A stretch of DNA of 52,929 bases from an uncultured Acidimicrobiia bacterium (GTDB taxonomy: Bacteria > Actinomycetota > Acidimicrobiia > Spongiisociales > UBA11373): assembly GCA_964354255.1 (NCBI GenBank), contig CAYGYX010000007.1:1-52929 (forward strand), given 5' to 3'. Positions 9,444 through 20,381 of this stretch are shown piece by piece. The notes under the pieces are model-generated. The model saw nothing but the letters and a program-made list of their open reading frames with translations, was not told where the DNA came from and searched no databases. Position numbers and translations under genes: made by a program. How positions within the stretch are numbered: position 1 is the first letter of the stretch; each line of letters opens with the position of its first letter.

Positions 9444-10451
9444 GTGGGCACCGCCGTTCTCCTCGTGGCCGGCGCCGGAGATGCCGGCCCGGGCGATCGC
9501 GACGAGATCCTGCGTCGCGGCTATGCGGCTCTCGAGGAGTCCGGCGTCGACGGCATCGACCGGGTCGACGTCCCTGCCCGCGGTGTGTCCACCGACGATG
9601 GCGAGGGGGCTCTGCGGCCCGAGGTCGAGGGCATCGTGCCCGCCCTCCAGAGCGGCTCGCTGTTCGGGGGGCGGCGCGGCCTGCTGGTGGTCGACGCCCA
9701 GAACCTGCTCAAGGGCGAGGCCGAGGTGGTCGCCGCATTGGTGGCCGGCCTCGACGCCGCCACCGCCGTGGTTTGTTTCGTGTCGGCCGGCTCCCTCCCC
9801 GCCCCGCTGGGCCGGGTGGTCGATCGCGTGGCCGAGAAGGTCACGGTCAGCAAACTGCGCGAGCGGGACGCGGCCGACTGGCTGGGCGGGGCGGCCCGCG
9901 AGCGCCGGGTGAACCTCACCGCCGGGGCCGCTGTCGCCCTGGTACAGCGCTTCGGGTCGGACATTGCCTCCCTCGGGCAAGCGCTCGACCAATTGGCCAT
10001 GGTCGAGGGGCCCATCACCGAGGCCGAGGTCGCCTCCCGGTTCCGCAACCGGCCCGACGAGCCCATGTGGCACTACGCCGACGCGGTAGGGGAGGGTGAC
10101 ATTGCCGCCGCGTTGCGGCGCCTCACCGACTTCCTAACGCACGGGCACCCCCTGCAGCTGCTGGCCTTCCTCGAGAACGACCTGCGTCGGCGGGCCATGG
10201 CACTGGCCGCCCCCGACCCGGCCACCTTCGCTGAGTGGGCGGGGGGCAGCGCGGCGCAGTTCCCCATGCAGAAAGCCTGGAAGGCGCGCAGCCGGACATC
10301 GCCGGAGCGCCTGTGCCGGGCACTAGACGCCCTGGCCCGCGCCGACCTGCAGCTGAAGACCATGCCGGAGGCCACTCACCGCCTCACCATGGAGCGGCTC
10401 ACCGTGGCTCTCTGCCAGTGGTACGGGGGCCGGGGCACGCGCCGGCGCTGA
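9444..10451 (+). CDS. holA: DNA polymerase III subunit delta
   Basis: SGSLFGGRR; clamp-loader-like helical pattern ending ALARADLQLK; canonical comEC-holA-rpsT synteny. Confidence 0.85.
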   Translation: MGTAVLLVAGAGDAGPGDRDEILRRGYAALEESGVDGIDRVDVPARGVSTDDGEGALRPEVEGIVPALQSGSLFGGRRGLLVVDAQNLLKGEAEVVAALVAGLDAATAVVCFVSAGSLPAPLGRVVDRVAEKVTVSKLRERDAADWLGGAARERRVNLTAGAAVALVQRFGSDIASLGQALDQLAMVEGPITEAEVASRFRNRPDEPMWHYADAVGEGDIAAALRRLTDFLTHGHPLQLLAFLENDLRRRAMALAAPDPATFAEWAGGSAAQFPMQKAWKARSRTSPERLCRALDALARADLQLKTMPEATHRLTMERLTVALCQWYGGRGTRRR

Positions 10452-10461
10452 GGCGAGCCCC

Positions 10462-10941
10462 TCAGGCGCCGAAGGGGCGCACCGACACCACTTCCACGGT
10501 GAAGGTGCCGCCGGGGGCTCGGCAGTCCACCTTGTCCCCGGGACGGGCGCCGAGCAGGGCCCGGCCCAGGGGCCCGGAGGGGCTGGCCAGCTGCTGGCCG
10601 GGGACCCGGTTCTCAGGGGTAGCCACCAGGTACTCGGTCTCCTGGCCGTCCTCGCGCACGGTCACCAGGGAGCCGACCTCGACGACTTCGGTGCTCTCCG
10701 CGACGCGGATCTCGGCGGTCTTCAGCAAGTAGCGGATGCGGCGGATGCGGGCCTCCATGAGGCCCTGCTCTTCCTTGGCCGCCTCGTAGTCGGCGTTCTC
10801 GCTGATGTCGCCGTGGGCGCGAGCTTCGGCCAAACGCTCCTCGAGCCGGTTTCGACCGACCGTGGTGAGGCGCTCTAGCTCCTCTTGCAGCTGGCGATGG
10901 GCGGCGGGAGTGAGCCAGGTGGGCTCAGGCTCTGCGGGCAT
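10462..10941 (-). CDS. greA: Transcription elongation factor GreA
   Basis: WLTPAAHRQLQEEL, ARAHGDISENADYEAAK, SPSGPLGRALLG. Confidence 0.93.
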   Translation of the reverse strand: MPAEPEPTWLTPAAHRQLQEELERLTTVGRNRLEERLAEARAHGDISENADYEAAKEEQGLMEARIRRIRYLLKTAEIRVAESTEVVEVGSLVTVREDGQETEYLVATPENRVPGQQLASPSGPLGRALLGARPGDKVDCRAPGGTFTVEVVSVRPFGA

Positions 10942-10956
10942 GGGGACCGGTGGGGG

Positions 10957-11223
10957 TCAACCCAGGCGCGACCGGACCCGCCGGGTGAGGCGGGACATGC
11001 GGCGGGCGGCCGTGCGGCGGTGCAGGGTTCCCTTGGCGGCGGCCGTGTCGAGGCGTTGCTGGGCGAGGCGAAGGGCGGCGGCGGCTGCTTCGGCGTCACC
11101 GGTGTCGGCGGCGGCGAGCGCCGTCTTGGCCCGCGTCTTCAGCTCGGACCGGACTGCCTGGTTGCGGCGCCGGCGAGCCTCGTTCTGGCGGTTGCGCTTG
11201 ATCTGAGAACGGATGTTGGCCAT
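10957..11223 (-). CDS. rpsT: 30S ribosomal protein S20
   Basis: MANIRSQIKRNRQN, AAAKGTLHRRTAARRMSRL. Confidence 0.97.
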   Translation of the reverse strand: MANIRSQIKRNRQNEARRRRNQAVRSELKTRAKTALAAADTGDAEAAAAALRLAQQRLDTAAAKGTLHRRTAARRMSRLTRRVRSRLG

Positions 11224-11255
11224 GAAGAAGCGGCTTCTCGGTGGGGGACGGGTGG

Positions 11256-11285
11256 AGGTTAGCAGGGGGCCGTGGGCGGTACAAT
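11256..11285. promoter_or_regulatory. Back-to-back -10 boxes for rpsT (TAACCT, minus, 11256-11261) and lepA (TACAAT, plus, 11280-11285)
   Basis: Two TANNNT hexamers in the short divergent intergenic region. Confidence 0.55.
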
Positions 11286-11315
11286 GCCGGCCCTTCGCCC
11301 CTACGGAGCGTCTTG

Positions 11316-13104
<1,789 letters not shown>

Positions 13105-13115
<11 letters not shown>

Positions 13116-14283
13116 GGGATTCCCGGAGCCACCCGACGGCCCCCGGTTGGCCGACCGGGCCGCCCGGCAGCGGGCCGCGTACGTCCACCTGCCTTTCTGC
13201 CGACGGGTCTGTCCCTACTGCGACTTCGCGGTCGTTGCCGGGCGTGAGGACCTGATGGGCCGTTACACCTCGGCTCTGCTGGCCGAGATCCGCTCCGCCG
13301 AGCCTTTCCCCGCGCCGCTGGATGCCGTCTCCGTGGGCGGCGGCACACCCTCGCAACTGCCGCCCGAGGCGCTGGCGGCGATCCTCGCGGCCATCGCCGA
13401 GCGGCTCGGCCTGGCCCCGGGCGCCGAGGTGTCGATCGAGGCCAACCCGGAGGATTGGTCGCCTGCGCTCGCCGAAGCGCTGGGCGGCGCCGGCTGCAAC
13501 CGCGTCTCGCTGGGGGCCCAGTCGTTCGACCCGGGGGTGCTCGCCGCCTTGGGAAGGCGGCATCGGCCGGAGCAGGCCGCCGAGGCAGTGGCGGTGGCCC
13601 GCCGGGCGGGCTTCGCCTCGGTCGGCCTCGACCTCATCTACGGCACCCCGGGGGAGTCCGGCACTTCCTGGAGGGGCTCGGTGACCCGGGCCCTGGAGGC
13701 CGGCGCCGACCACCTCTCCACCTACGCCCTCACCGTGGAGCGAGGTACCGCCCTCTCTCGAGCGGTGACGGCGGGGGCCCCCGGCCCCGACCCCGACCAC
13801 CAGGCCGACCGCTACGAGGAGGCCGTCGGCCGGGCGGCGCAGGCGGGGTTGGTTCGGTACGAGACGTCCAACTTCGCCCGTCCCGGCCATGCCTGCCTGT
13901 ACAACCTGATCACCTGGGCCCGGGGGGAGTACGAGGGGTTCGGCGCCGGCGCCCACCGCCACCGGGGTGGGTCGCGCTCGTGGAACCTGCGGCGGGTGGA
14001 TCGCTACGTGGAGCGTCTCGAGGTCGGCACGTCGCCCGTCTCCGGGGGCGAGACCCTGGGCCCCTGGGAGCGAGAGCAGGAGAGGCTGGTGCTGGGCTTG
14101 CGCCGGGTGGCCGGCGTTGAGGCCGGCCCGGGGGGGCGGCGGCTGGTGGGATCCCCGGCCGGCCGTCGCCTGCTCGACGCGGGGGTGCTGGAGCAGGTTG
14201 AGGGGCGTCTGCGGGTGGCCGACCCCCTGCTGGGGAACGAGGTGGCACGGGCCGTGTTGGCACTCGATCCCGGCGACTGCTAG
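13105..14283 (+). CDS. hemW: Radical SAM heme chaperone HemW (HemN-like)
   Basis: [51 protein letters not shown]. Confidence 0.92.
14257..14283 (+). promoter_or_regulatory. CIRCE operator (HrcA site) embedded in the hemW 3' end
   Basis: TTGGCACTC-N9-GACTGCTAG versus consensus TTAGCACTC-N9-GAGTGCTAA, directly upstream of hrcA. Confidence 0.85.
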
Positions 14284-14312
14284 CAATCGGCGCCGCCTGC
14301 TAACCTCGAGGC

Positions 14313-15314
14313 ATGATGCTGGACGAGCGCAAGGCCGCCATCCTCGCGGCCCTGGTGGAGGAGCACATCCGCTGCGGCGAGCCGGTGAGCTCGGGGGCGA
14401 TCCTCGACCACAGCGCATTGCAGTGCTCGAGCGCCACCATCCGCAACGAGTTGGTGGTCCTCGAGCGCGAGGGCTACATCGTCAAGCCGCACACCTCGGC
14501 CGGCCGGGTGCCCACCGACCGGGGGTACCGGTACTACATCGACCACCTCTCTCCGGGTTCGCTGCGGCGCACCAGCCACGTGCGCATCGAGCAGTTCTTC
14601 GCCTCGATGCACCTCGGGCTGGACCGGATGCTCAAGCGGACTTCCGAGCTGCTGGCCGACGTCGCCCACTACCCCTCGGTGGTCATCGGGCCCGGCGTCG
14701 GAGGGCAGACCGTGCGCGACGCCCACCTGCTCCCGGTGGGGCCGGACAACGTGCTGCTGGTGCTGGTCACCGAGCGGGGAAGGGTGACCCAGTCGCTGCT
14801 GCGCCTGGGGGCCCCGGTGGCCCCGGCGGAGGTCGCCCGGGCCCAGCAGGCCCTGGGGGAGATGGTGGACGGCAGTGCGCTGGAGGGGATCGACGCGGCC
14901 CTTCCCGACACAACCGCTCTCGATCTCCCCGCCCCGGTGGCCGAACTGGTGGGGCGGGCGCTGCACGCGGTGGCCGACGCCGCCCGGGCCGATCGCCCGG
15001 TCTTCTTCGGCGGAACCAGCCTGATGGCCACCCTGTGGGAGGACCTCACCAAGCTGCACCGCATCCTCGCCCTCCTCGAGCGGGAGGCCTCGGTGCTCCA
15101 ACTGGTCGACGACACCTCGCGGCTGACCACCGTGCGTCTTGGCAGCGAGATGCGGGCCGGCGAGGAGGACCTGGCGGTGGTCTCGGCGCCGTACGAGGCC
15201 GCCGGGGCCACCGGGCGCGTCGGGTTGATCGGTCCCATGCGCATGGACTACCGGCGGGCGATCAAGGCCGTCGAGGAGGTCGGCGACGCCCTCGGCGACT
15301 CGCTGGGTGGCTGA
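14313..15314 (+). CDS. hrcA: Heat-inducible transcription repressor HrcA
   Basis: SSATIRNEL, PHTSAGRVPTDRGYRYY, IGPMRMDY; -10 TAACCT 6 nt upstream of ATG. Confidence 0.96.
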   Translation: MMLDERKAAILAALVEEHIRCGEPVSSGAILDHSALQCSSATIRNELVVLEREGYIVKPHTSAGRVPTDRGYRYYIDHLSPGSLRRTSHVRIEQFFASMHLGLDRMLKRTSELLADVAHYPSVVIGPGVGGQTVRDAHLLPVGPDNVLLVLVTERGRVTQSLLRLGAPVAPAEVARAQQALGEMVDGSALEGIDAALPDTTALDLPAPVAELVGRALHAVADAARADRPVFFGGTSLMATLWEDLTKLHRILALLEREASVLQLVDDTSRLTTVRLGSEMRAGEEDLAVVSAPYEAAGATGRVGLIGPMRMDYRRAIKAVEEVGDALGDSLGG

Positions 15315-16404
15315 GGTGGTGGACTACTACCAGGTCCTCGGGGTGGGCCGCGACGCCTCCCAGGACGAGATCAAGCGGGCCTTTCGGCGCAAGGCGCGCG
15401 AGACCCATCCCGACGCCAACCCTGGGGATGCCGGGGCCGAGCACCGCTTCCGGGAGGCCGCCCTGGCCTACGAAGTGCTGAGCGATCCGCCGCGCCGGGC
15501 CGCCTACGACCGCGGGGCGCAGTTCGAATCCGGCGAGTTCTTCTCCTCCTTCGCGGGTATAGACGACCTGCTCTCCCGCTTCTTCGGGGGAGGGCTGGGG
15601 TTCACCTTCGCCGAGGGACGGGGACCGGCCGCCGGGGCCGACGTTGGGGTGGCCATGGAGCTCACCCTTGCCGAAGCGGCCGGGGATTGCTCCCGCGAGG
15701 TCCGCTATCGGGCCCGGCTCACCTGTCGGGCCTGCGGCGGCGAAGGCGCGGCGCCGGAGAGCCCGCCGGTGGTCTGTGACCGGTGCGCCGGCCGGGGCTC
15801 GGTGCGAGTGACCCGGCAGACCTTCCTGGGCGCGGCCGTGTCGATCGTCACCTGCGACAAGTGCCGGGGCCGGGGGCGGGTGATCACCACCCCCTGTCCT
15901 GGCTGCGGCGGGTCGGGGTCGGTGATCGACGAGGCGGTAGTGACGGTGGAGATCCCGGCGGGCATCGAGGACGGCTCCCGCGTGCGGGTGCCGGGCAAGG
16001 GCTCGGCGGGCGAGCCCGGGGGACGGCCGGGCGACCTCTACGTTGAGGTGCGAGTCGTCTCCGACCCCCGCTTCCAGCGTCACGGGGCCGACCTGGTGCA
16101 CCGAGCCCGGCTCGGCCTGGCCGAGGCCGCCCTGGGCATCACGATCAAGGTGCCCACGGTCGATGACGGTGAAGTGGACATGGAGGTGCCGCCGGGGACC
16201 CAGCCCGGCACGGTGTTCAAGCTCTCCCGCCTCGGTATGCCCCGGCTGCGGAGGCGAGGCAGAGGGGACCTCCTCGTGGAGGTGCAGGTGGTGGTGCCCT
16301 CCACACTCAGCGCGGCCCAGGAGGAGGCGCTGCGGGCCTTCGCCGCCGCTTCGAACGAACCTGCCGGCGCCCGGCCCCGGTCGCGCCGCCGCCGCGCTCG
16401 GTAG
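15307..16404 (+). CDS. dnaJ: Chaperone DnaJ (class A, DnaJ2-type locus)
   Basis: J domain with HPD, four CxxCxGxG repeats, GDLYVEV C-terminal domain. Confidence 0.96.
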   Translation: MAEVVDYYQVLGVGRDASQDEIKRAFRRKARETHPDANPGDAGAEHRFREAALAYEVLSDPPRRAAYDRGAQFESGEFFSSFAGIDDLLSRFFGGGLGFTFAEGRGPAAGADVGVAMELTLAEAAGDCSREVRYRARLTCRACGGEGAAPESPPVVCDRCAGRGSVRVTRQTFLGAAVSIVTCDKCRGRGRVITTPCPGCGGSGSVIDEAVVTVEIPAGIEDGSRVRVPGKGSAGEPGGRPGDLYVEVRVVSDPRFQRHGADLVHRARLGLAEAALGITIKVPTVDDGEVDMEVPPGTQPGTVFKLSRLGMPRLRRRGRGDLLVEVQVVVPSTLSAAQEEALRAFAAASNEPAGARPRSRRRRAR

Positions 16405-16460
16405 CGTTCGGCTACAGTGGCTGTCGGCAGGAACGAGTGGCTTCGGCTGCGGTCTGTGGC

Positions 16461-16501
16461 TAGTATGACAACACAGCGCGGTTCACTCGAACACTGAGTG
16501 T
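16461..16501 (+). promoter_or_regulatory. Putative -10 (TAGTAT) followed by BldD-box-like sequences
   Basis: TAGTAT 16461-16466; GAACACTGAGTGT matches the ACNCWGNGT core of the BldD box; CACTC-N7-GAGTG inverted repeat. Confidence 0.45.
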
Positions 16502-16529
16502 GTCGGCGCCGGGGGAGTCGGAGGAGCGC

Positions 16530-17015
16530 ATGGAAGCGACACCCGCCTACAGCGAGATGGTCGGGGCACGGCTGCGGTCTATCCGCAAGCAGCGAGGGCT
16601 GTCCCTTCAGGACGTGCAGCGGCTGTCGGGAGGGGAGTTCAAGGCGGCGGTGGTGGGTGCTTACGAACGCGGCGAGCGCAGCCTTTCCTTGCCTCGCCTG
16701 CGGCGGCTCGCCGCCTTTTTCCAGGTGCCTATGGGCCAGTTCCTCCCGTCGGAGGAGGCCAGGGAGAAGACCATCACGCCTCTCCCGGGCGGCGGGATCA
16801 CCATCGACCTGACTGCCCTCGAGCGCCTCGGAGGCACCGAGGCCGAGATCTTCGACCGCTTCCTCCGTTCCATCCAGATCATGCGCCAGGACTTCAACGG
16901 CAGGGTTCTCACCATCCGGCGAAACGACCTCCGCCTGCTTGCCCTCCTTCTCGACCAGAACGAGGAGGCCTTCGCCGAGCGCCTCGTCGCGCTCGGCCTG
17001 GCCGAGGGCCTCTGA
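16530..17015 (+). CDS. bldD: BldD-like XRE/HTH regulator with C-terminal c-di-GMP-binding domain
   Basis: GARLRSIRKQRGLSL..GEFKAAVVGAYERGER resembles the BldD HTH; RQD-FNGRVLTI-RRND fits RxD-X8-RxxD; GGAGGAG SD before ATG 16530. Confidence 0.85.
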   Translation: MEATPAYSEMVGARLRSIRKQRGLSLQDVQRLSGGEFKAAVVGAYERGERSLSLPRLRRLAAFFQVPMGQFLPSEEAREKTITPLPGGGITIDLTALERLGGTEAEIFDRFLRSIQIMRQDFNGRVLTIRRNDLRLLALLLDQNEEAFAERLVALGLAEGL

Positions 17016-17097
17016 GGCCGGCCCCGTCCCGCCTTCGGGCCGGCGGAGGCCCCGGCGGTATACTCGAATCCCCCGTGCTTCCCCAACGAGGCTTCCT

Positions 17098-18072
17098 GTG
17101 ACCCAGGCTTCCCCCAGCGAGGCCCGGCTGCGCGTCCCCGACGATCGGATGGCCGGCCTGCTCGGCGAGCGCGACGCCCTGCTCCGGCTCGTAGAGCAGG
17201 GGTTCCCGCGGGCGCGGATCGTGGCCCGCGGCGACGAGCTGCGCATCAGCGGCGACGAGCGGACGGCTGCTTTGGCGAAGAAGGTCTTCGAGGAGCTGCT
17301 CGTCCTCATGGCCCAAGGGCAGCGCCTCGACGAGGATCGGGTGCGGCGGGTGGTGGACCTGGTGAAGGCGCAGTTGCCCAGCCCTTCCAGTGTGTTCACC
17401 GATGGGGTGTCGGTGGGACGGGGCAAGATGGTTCGCCCCAAGAGCCTCAACCAGAAGCGCTACCTGGATGCCATCCGGGCCGACACCGTGGTCTTCGCCA
17501 TCGGGCCGGCCGGGACGGGGAAGACCTACCTGGCGATGGCGCTGGCGGTGGAAGCCCTGACCAGCGGGGCGGTGAGCCGCATCATCCTCACCCGGCCGGC
17601 GGTGGAGGCCGGGGAGCGCCTCGGCTTCCTCCCCGGTGATGTGGCCGCCAAGGTCGATCCGTACCTCCGGCCGCTCTACGACGCCCTCTACGACATGCTC
17701 GGGCCGGAGGAGACCCAGCGCCTGGTGGAGCGGGGGACCATCGAGATAGCCCCGCTCGCCTACATGCGAGGGCGCACTCTCAACGACGCCTTCGTGGTGC
17801 TCGACGAGGCCCAGAACACCTCGCCTGAACAGATGAAGATGTTCCTCACCCGCCTGGGCTTCAACTCCAAGATGGTGGTCACCGGCGACATCACCCAGGT
17901 CGACCTGCCCGATGGACGCGGCTCCGGCCTGCGCCAGGTGCGCCACGTTCTGCCGGGCATCGAGGGGATGAGCTTCGTGGAGCTGACGTCCGACGACGTC
18001 GTTCGCCACCGCATCGTGGCGACGATCATCGAGGCATACCGGCGCTACGAGGAGGGAGTGAGGGCCAGATGA
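17098..18072 (+). CDS. phoH: PhoH family ATPase
   Basis: GPAGTGKTYLA, RIILTRPAVEAGERLGFLPGD, YMRGRTL, DEAQN, TGDITQVDL; -10 TATACT at 17059-17064. Confidence 0.95.
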   Translation: MTQASPSEARLRVPDDRMAGLLGERDALLRLVEQGFPRARIVARGDELRISGDERTAALAKKVFEELLVLMAQGQRLDEDRVRRVVDLVKAQLPSPSSVFTDGVSVGRGKMVRPKSLNQKRYLDAIRADTVVFAIGPAGTGKTYLAMALAVEALTSGAVSRIILTRPAVEAGERLGFLPGDVAAKVDPYLRPLYDALYDMLGPEETQRLVERGTIEIAPLAYMRGRTLNDAFVVLDEAQNTSPEQMKMFLTRLGFNSKMVVTGDITQVDLPDGRGSGLRQVRHVLPGIEGMSFVELTSDDVVRHRIVATIIEAYRRYEEGVRAR

Positions 18073-20381
18073 GGCTGGCGGCCCGGACCTCCGGGGCCAT
18101 CCGGGCGGTGGTCCTCGCGGTGACCGTCGTCTTCGTCGCCGTCGTGCTCGTGGCCGGACAGGGGGACGAGGTGGAGGCGGTGGTCCTCGAAGAGGGGCAG
18201 CCGGCCCCGCAGACCTTCATCGCCACCAGCAACGTCTCGGTGGACGACGAGGCGGCCACCGAGGAGGCCCGCGTGGCGGCGGCCCTGGGCGTGGAGGACG
18301 TGTACACGGCCGACCCCAACGCCGCCTCGGCCGTGCTGACCAGCGTCCAGGACTTCTTCACCAACGCCGACCGGGTGGTCGAGCCCCTGGAGATTCCCAG
18401 CGATGACCCCGGGGTGACCCCCAGCCTGACTACCACCTCGACCACCATCCCCGAGACCACCACGTCGGAGGGCACGTCCACCACCTCCGGGGAGACCACC
18501 ACCACCTCCGGTGAGACCACCACCAGCGAGGCCACTACCACTACCACCACGACCACCACCCTGCCGCCCCCGCCGCCGGAAGAGGTGCAGATCGCCGAGT
18601 TGCGCGAGCTGCACCCGTTGCTGCGCACCGAGACCGTCCAGGTGATGGTGGCCATCCGCAACGACGACCTCGACCGGGTCGAGGCGGGCGAGACCGAGGT
18701 GTTCCCCCTCGTCGAGACGGAGGCCCTCACCCTGGCCAACACCTACCTCGCTGAGGGGATCCGCTCCGGGGAGCTGGAGAGCACCCGCAACGAACTGGTC
18801 AGCGACCCGCCGACCCTGATCCTGCTGCGCGACCTGCCCGAAGAGCAACGGGTGGTCGCCGAGGGCGGAGTGGCCGACCTGGTGGCCACCTCCTTGCAGC
18901 CGAACCTCTTCCCCGACGAGGCTGCCACCCAGCAGGCGCGCCAGCAGGCCCGCGCTGAGGTGAGCGTGATCACCGTGGCCTACGTCGCCGGGGAGAACAT
19001 CGTGAGTGCCGGCGAGCTGGTGACCGCGGTGCGGTTGCAGGCGATCGAGGAATTGGGCCTGCTCGCCCCGGTCGAGGAGTCGCCCTCGCTGGTTGCCATG
19101 GCGTTGATCGCCGCCCTGATGGTCGTCCTCGCCGCCTTCTACCTGTGGCGGGTGGGGCGGGAGTACTGGCAGCAGCCCAAGATGGTGGCGCTCTTCGGCC
19201 TGCTGCTCGTCCTGGCGGCGGCGGCGGCCCGGCTGCCCGGCCTCATCGCCCGCGACCGGGTCGAACTGGGTTTCCTGATACCGGCGGCCTTGCTCGGCTA
19301 CCTGGCAGCGAGCCTGTTCGATTCCCGCACCGCGGTAGTCATGGCGATCCCGGTGGCCGCCTTCACCGCCCTTGCCACGGAGAGCGCCCCGCTGGTCATC
19401 TTCGCCGTGGGTGCCACCCTGGCCCCGATCCCCCTGGTCTCGGTGGTGTCCTCGCGGGCCCAGCTGAACCTGGCGGTGGCGCTCAGCGCCGCCCTGCACG
19501 CCCCCCTGGCGGTGGCCGTGTCCTGGTTCTTCTACGGCGGCGACAGCCTGCCCTGGGCGGCGGTATTCGGGACGGCCTCCGGTCTCATCTCCGGGGTGGC
19601 CGCCCTGGGGCTGCTCCCCTTCCTCTCCTCTTTGTTCGGAATCACCACCACCCAGACCCTCCTCGACCTGACCGACCGCAACCACCCCGCCTTGCGACTG
19701 CTGGAGGAAGAGGCCCCGGGGAGCTTCAACCACAGCCTCATGGTGGGGAGCCTGGCGGGGAAGGCGGCCCGGGCGGTGGGCGGCAATCCGCTGCTCGCCC
19801 AGGCCATGGCCTACTACCACGACTTGGGCAAGACGGTGTCGCCGCAGTACTACGTGGAGAACCAGTTCGGGGTGTCCAACCCGCACGACTCGCTGCCCCC
19901 GGAGCAGTCGGCGGTAGTGGTGCGCAGCCATGTAGCCGAGGGGTTGCGCCTCTCCCGGGAGCACGGCATCCCGCCCGACGTGGCCCAGGCCATCGTCACC
20001 CACCACGGCACCAGCCTGATGCGTTTCTTTTTCCACAAGGCCATCGAGCTCTACGGGGAGGATGAGGTCGATCCTGCCGACTACCGGCATCGCGGCCGCA
20101 AGCCCCGCTCCAAGGAGATGGTGGTGGTCATGATGTCCGACTCCTGCGAGGCGGCGGCACGGGCGCTGGTCCAGCACGAGGACCCCACCAGCGAGAGCCT
20201 GCGCAACCTGGTCGAGCAGGTGATCTCCGAGAAGGTGGAGGACGGGCAGCTCGAGGAGTCGCAGGTCACCTTCGGCGAGCTGACCCGCATCAAGGAGACC
20301 ATCGTCGACGGCCTCATCGGCTACTACCACGCCCGCATCCCGTACCCCGGCTTCCCGGGAAGGAGCGTGCCGTCGTCATGA
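18069..20381 (+). CDS. 7TM-HD family phosphohydrolase (PgpH-like cyclic-di-AMP phosphodiesterase)
   Basis: N-terminal TM, extracellular domain, 7 TM block, APGSFNHSLMV, YYHDLGK, HHGTS, SDSCEAAAR. Confidence 0.85.
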   Translation: MRLAARTSGAIRAVVLAVTVVFVAVVLVAGQGDEVEAVVLEEGQPAPQTFIATSNVSVDDEAATEEARVAAALGVEDVYTADPNAASAVLTSVQDFFTNADRVVEPLEIPSDDPGVTPSLTTTSTTIPETTTSEGTSTTSGETTTTSGETTTSEATTTTTTTTTLPPPPPEEVQIAELRELHPLLRTETVQVMVAIRNDDLDRVEAGETEVFPLVETEALTLANTYLAEGIRSGELESTRNELVSDPPTLILLRDLPEEQRVVAEGGVADLVATSLQPNLFPDEAATQQARQQARAEVSVITVAYVAGENIVSAGELVTAVRLQAIEELGLLAPVEESPSLVAMALIAALMVVLAAFYLWRVGREYWQQPKMVALFGLLLVLAAAAARLPGLIARDRVELGFLIPAALLGYLAASLFDSRTAVVMAIPVAAFTALATESAPLVIFAVGATLAPIPLVSVVSSRAQLNLAVALSAALHAPLAVAVSWFFYGGDSLPWAAVFGTASGLISGVAALGLLPFLSSLFGITTTQTLLDLTDRNHPALRLLEEEAPGSFNHSLMVGSLAGKAARAVGGNPLLAQAMAYYHDLGKTVSPQYYVENQFGVSNPHDSLPPEQSAVVVRSHVAEGLRLSREHGIPPDVAQAIVTHHGTSLMRFFFHKAIELYGEDEVDPADYRHRGRKPRSKEMVVVMMSDSCEAAARALVQHEDPTSESLRNLVEQVISEKVEDGQLEESQVTFGELTRIKETIVDGLIGYYHARIPYPGFPGRSVPSS
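18428..18578 (+). repeat. Thr-rich/poly-Pro low-complexity linker with a 21-bp tandem repeat
   Basis: ACCACCTCCGG(G/T)GAGACCACC twice at 18480-18521; run of Thr codons then PPPPP. Confidence 0.85.

Noticed and set aside
16481-16492. GTTC-ACTC-GAAC as an SOS box
   Set aside because: Half-sites are in the wrong order for actinobacterial LexA (GAAC-N4-GTTC).
18045-20330. Long antisense ORFs (761 aa here; others over comEC, dnaG, hom, thrC)
   Set aside because: Shadow ORFs of high-GC3 genes, with no motifs or SD.
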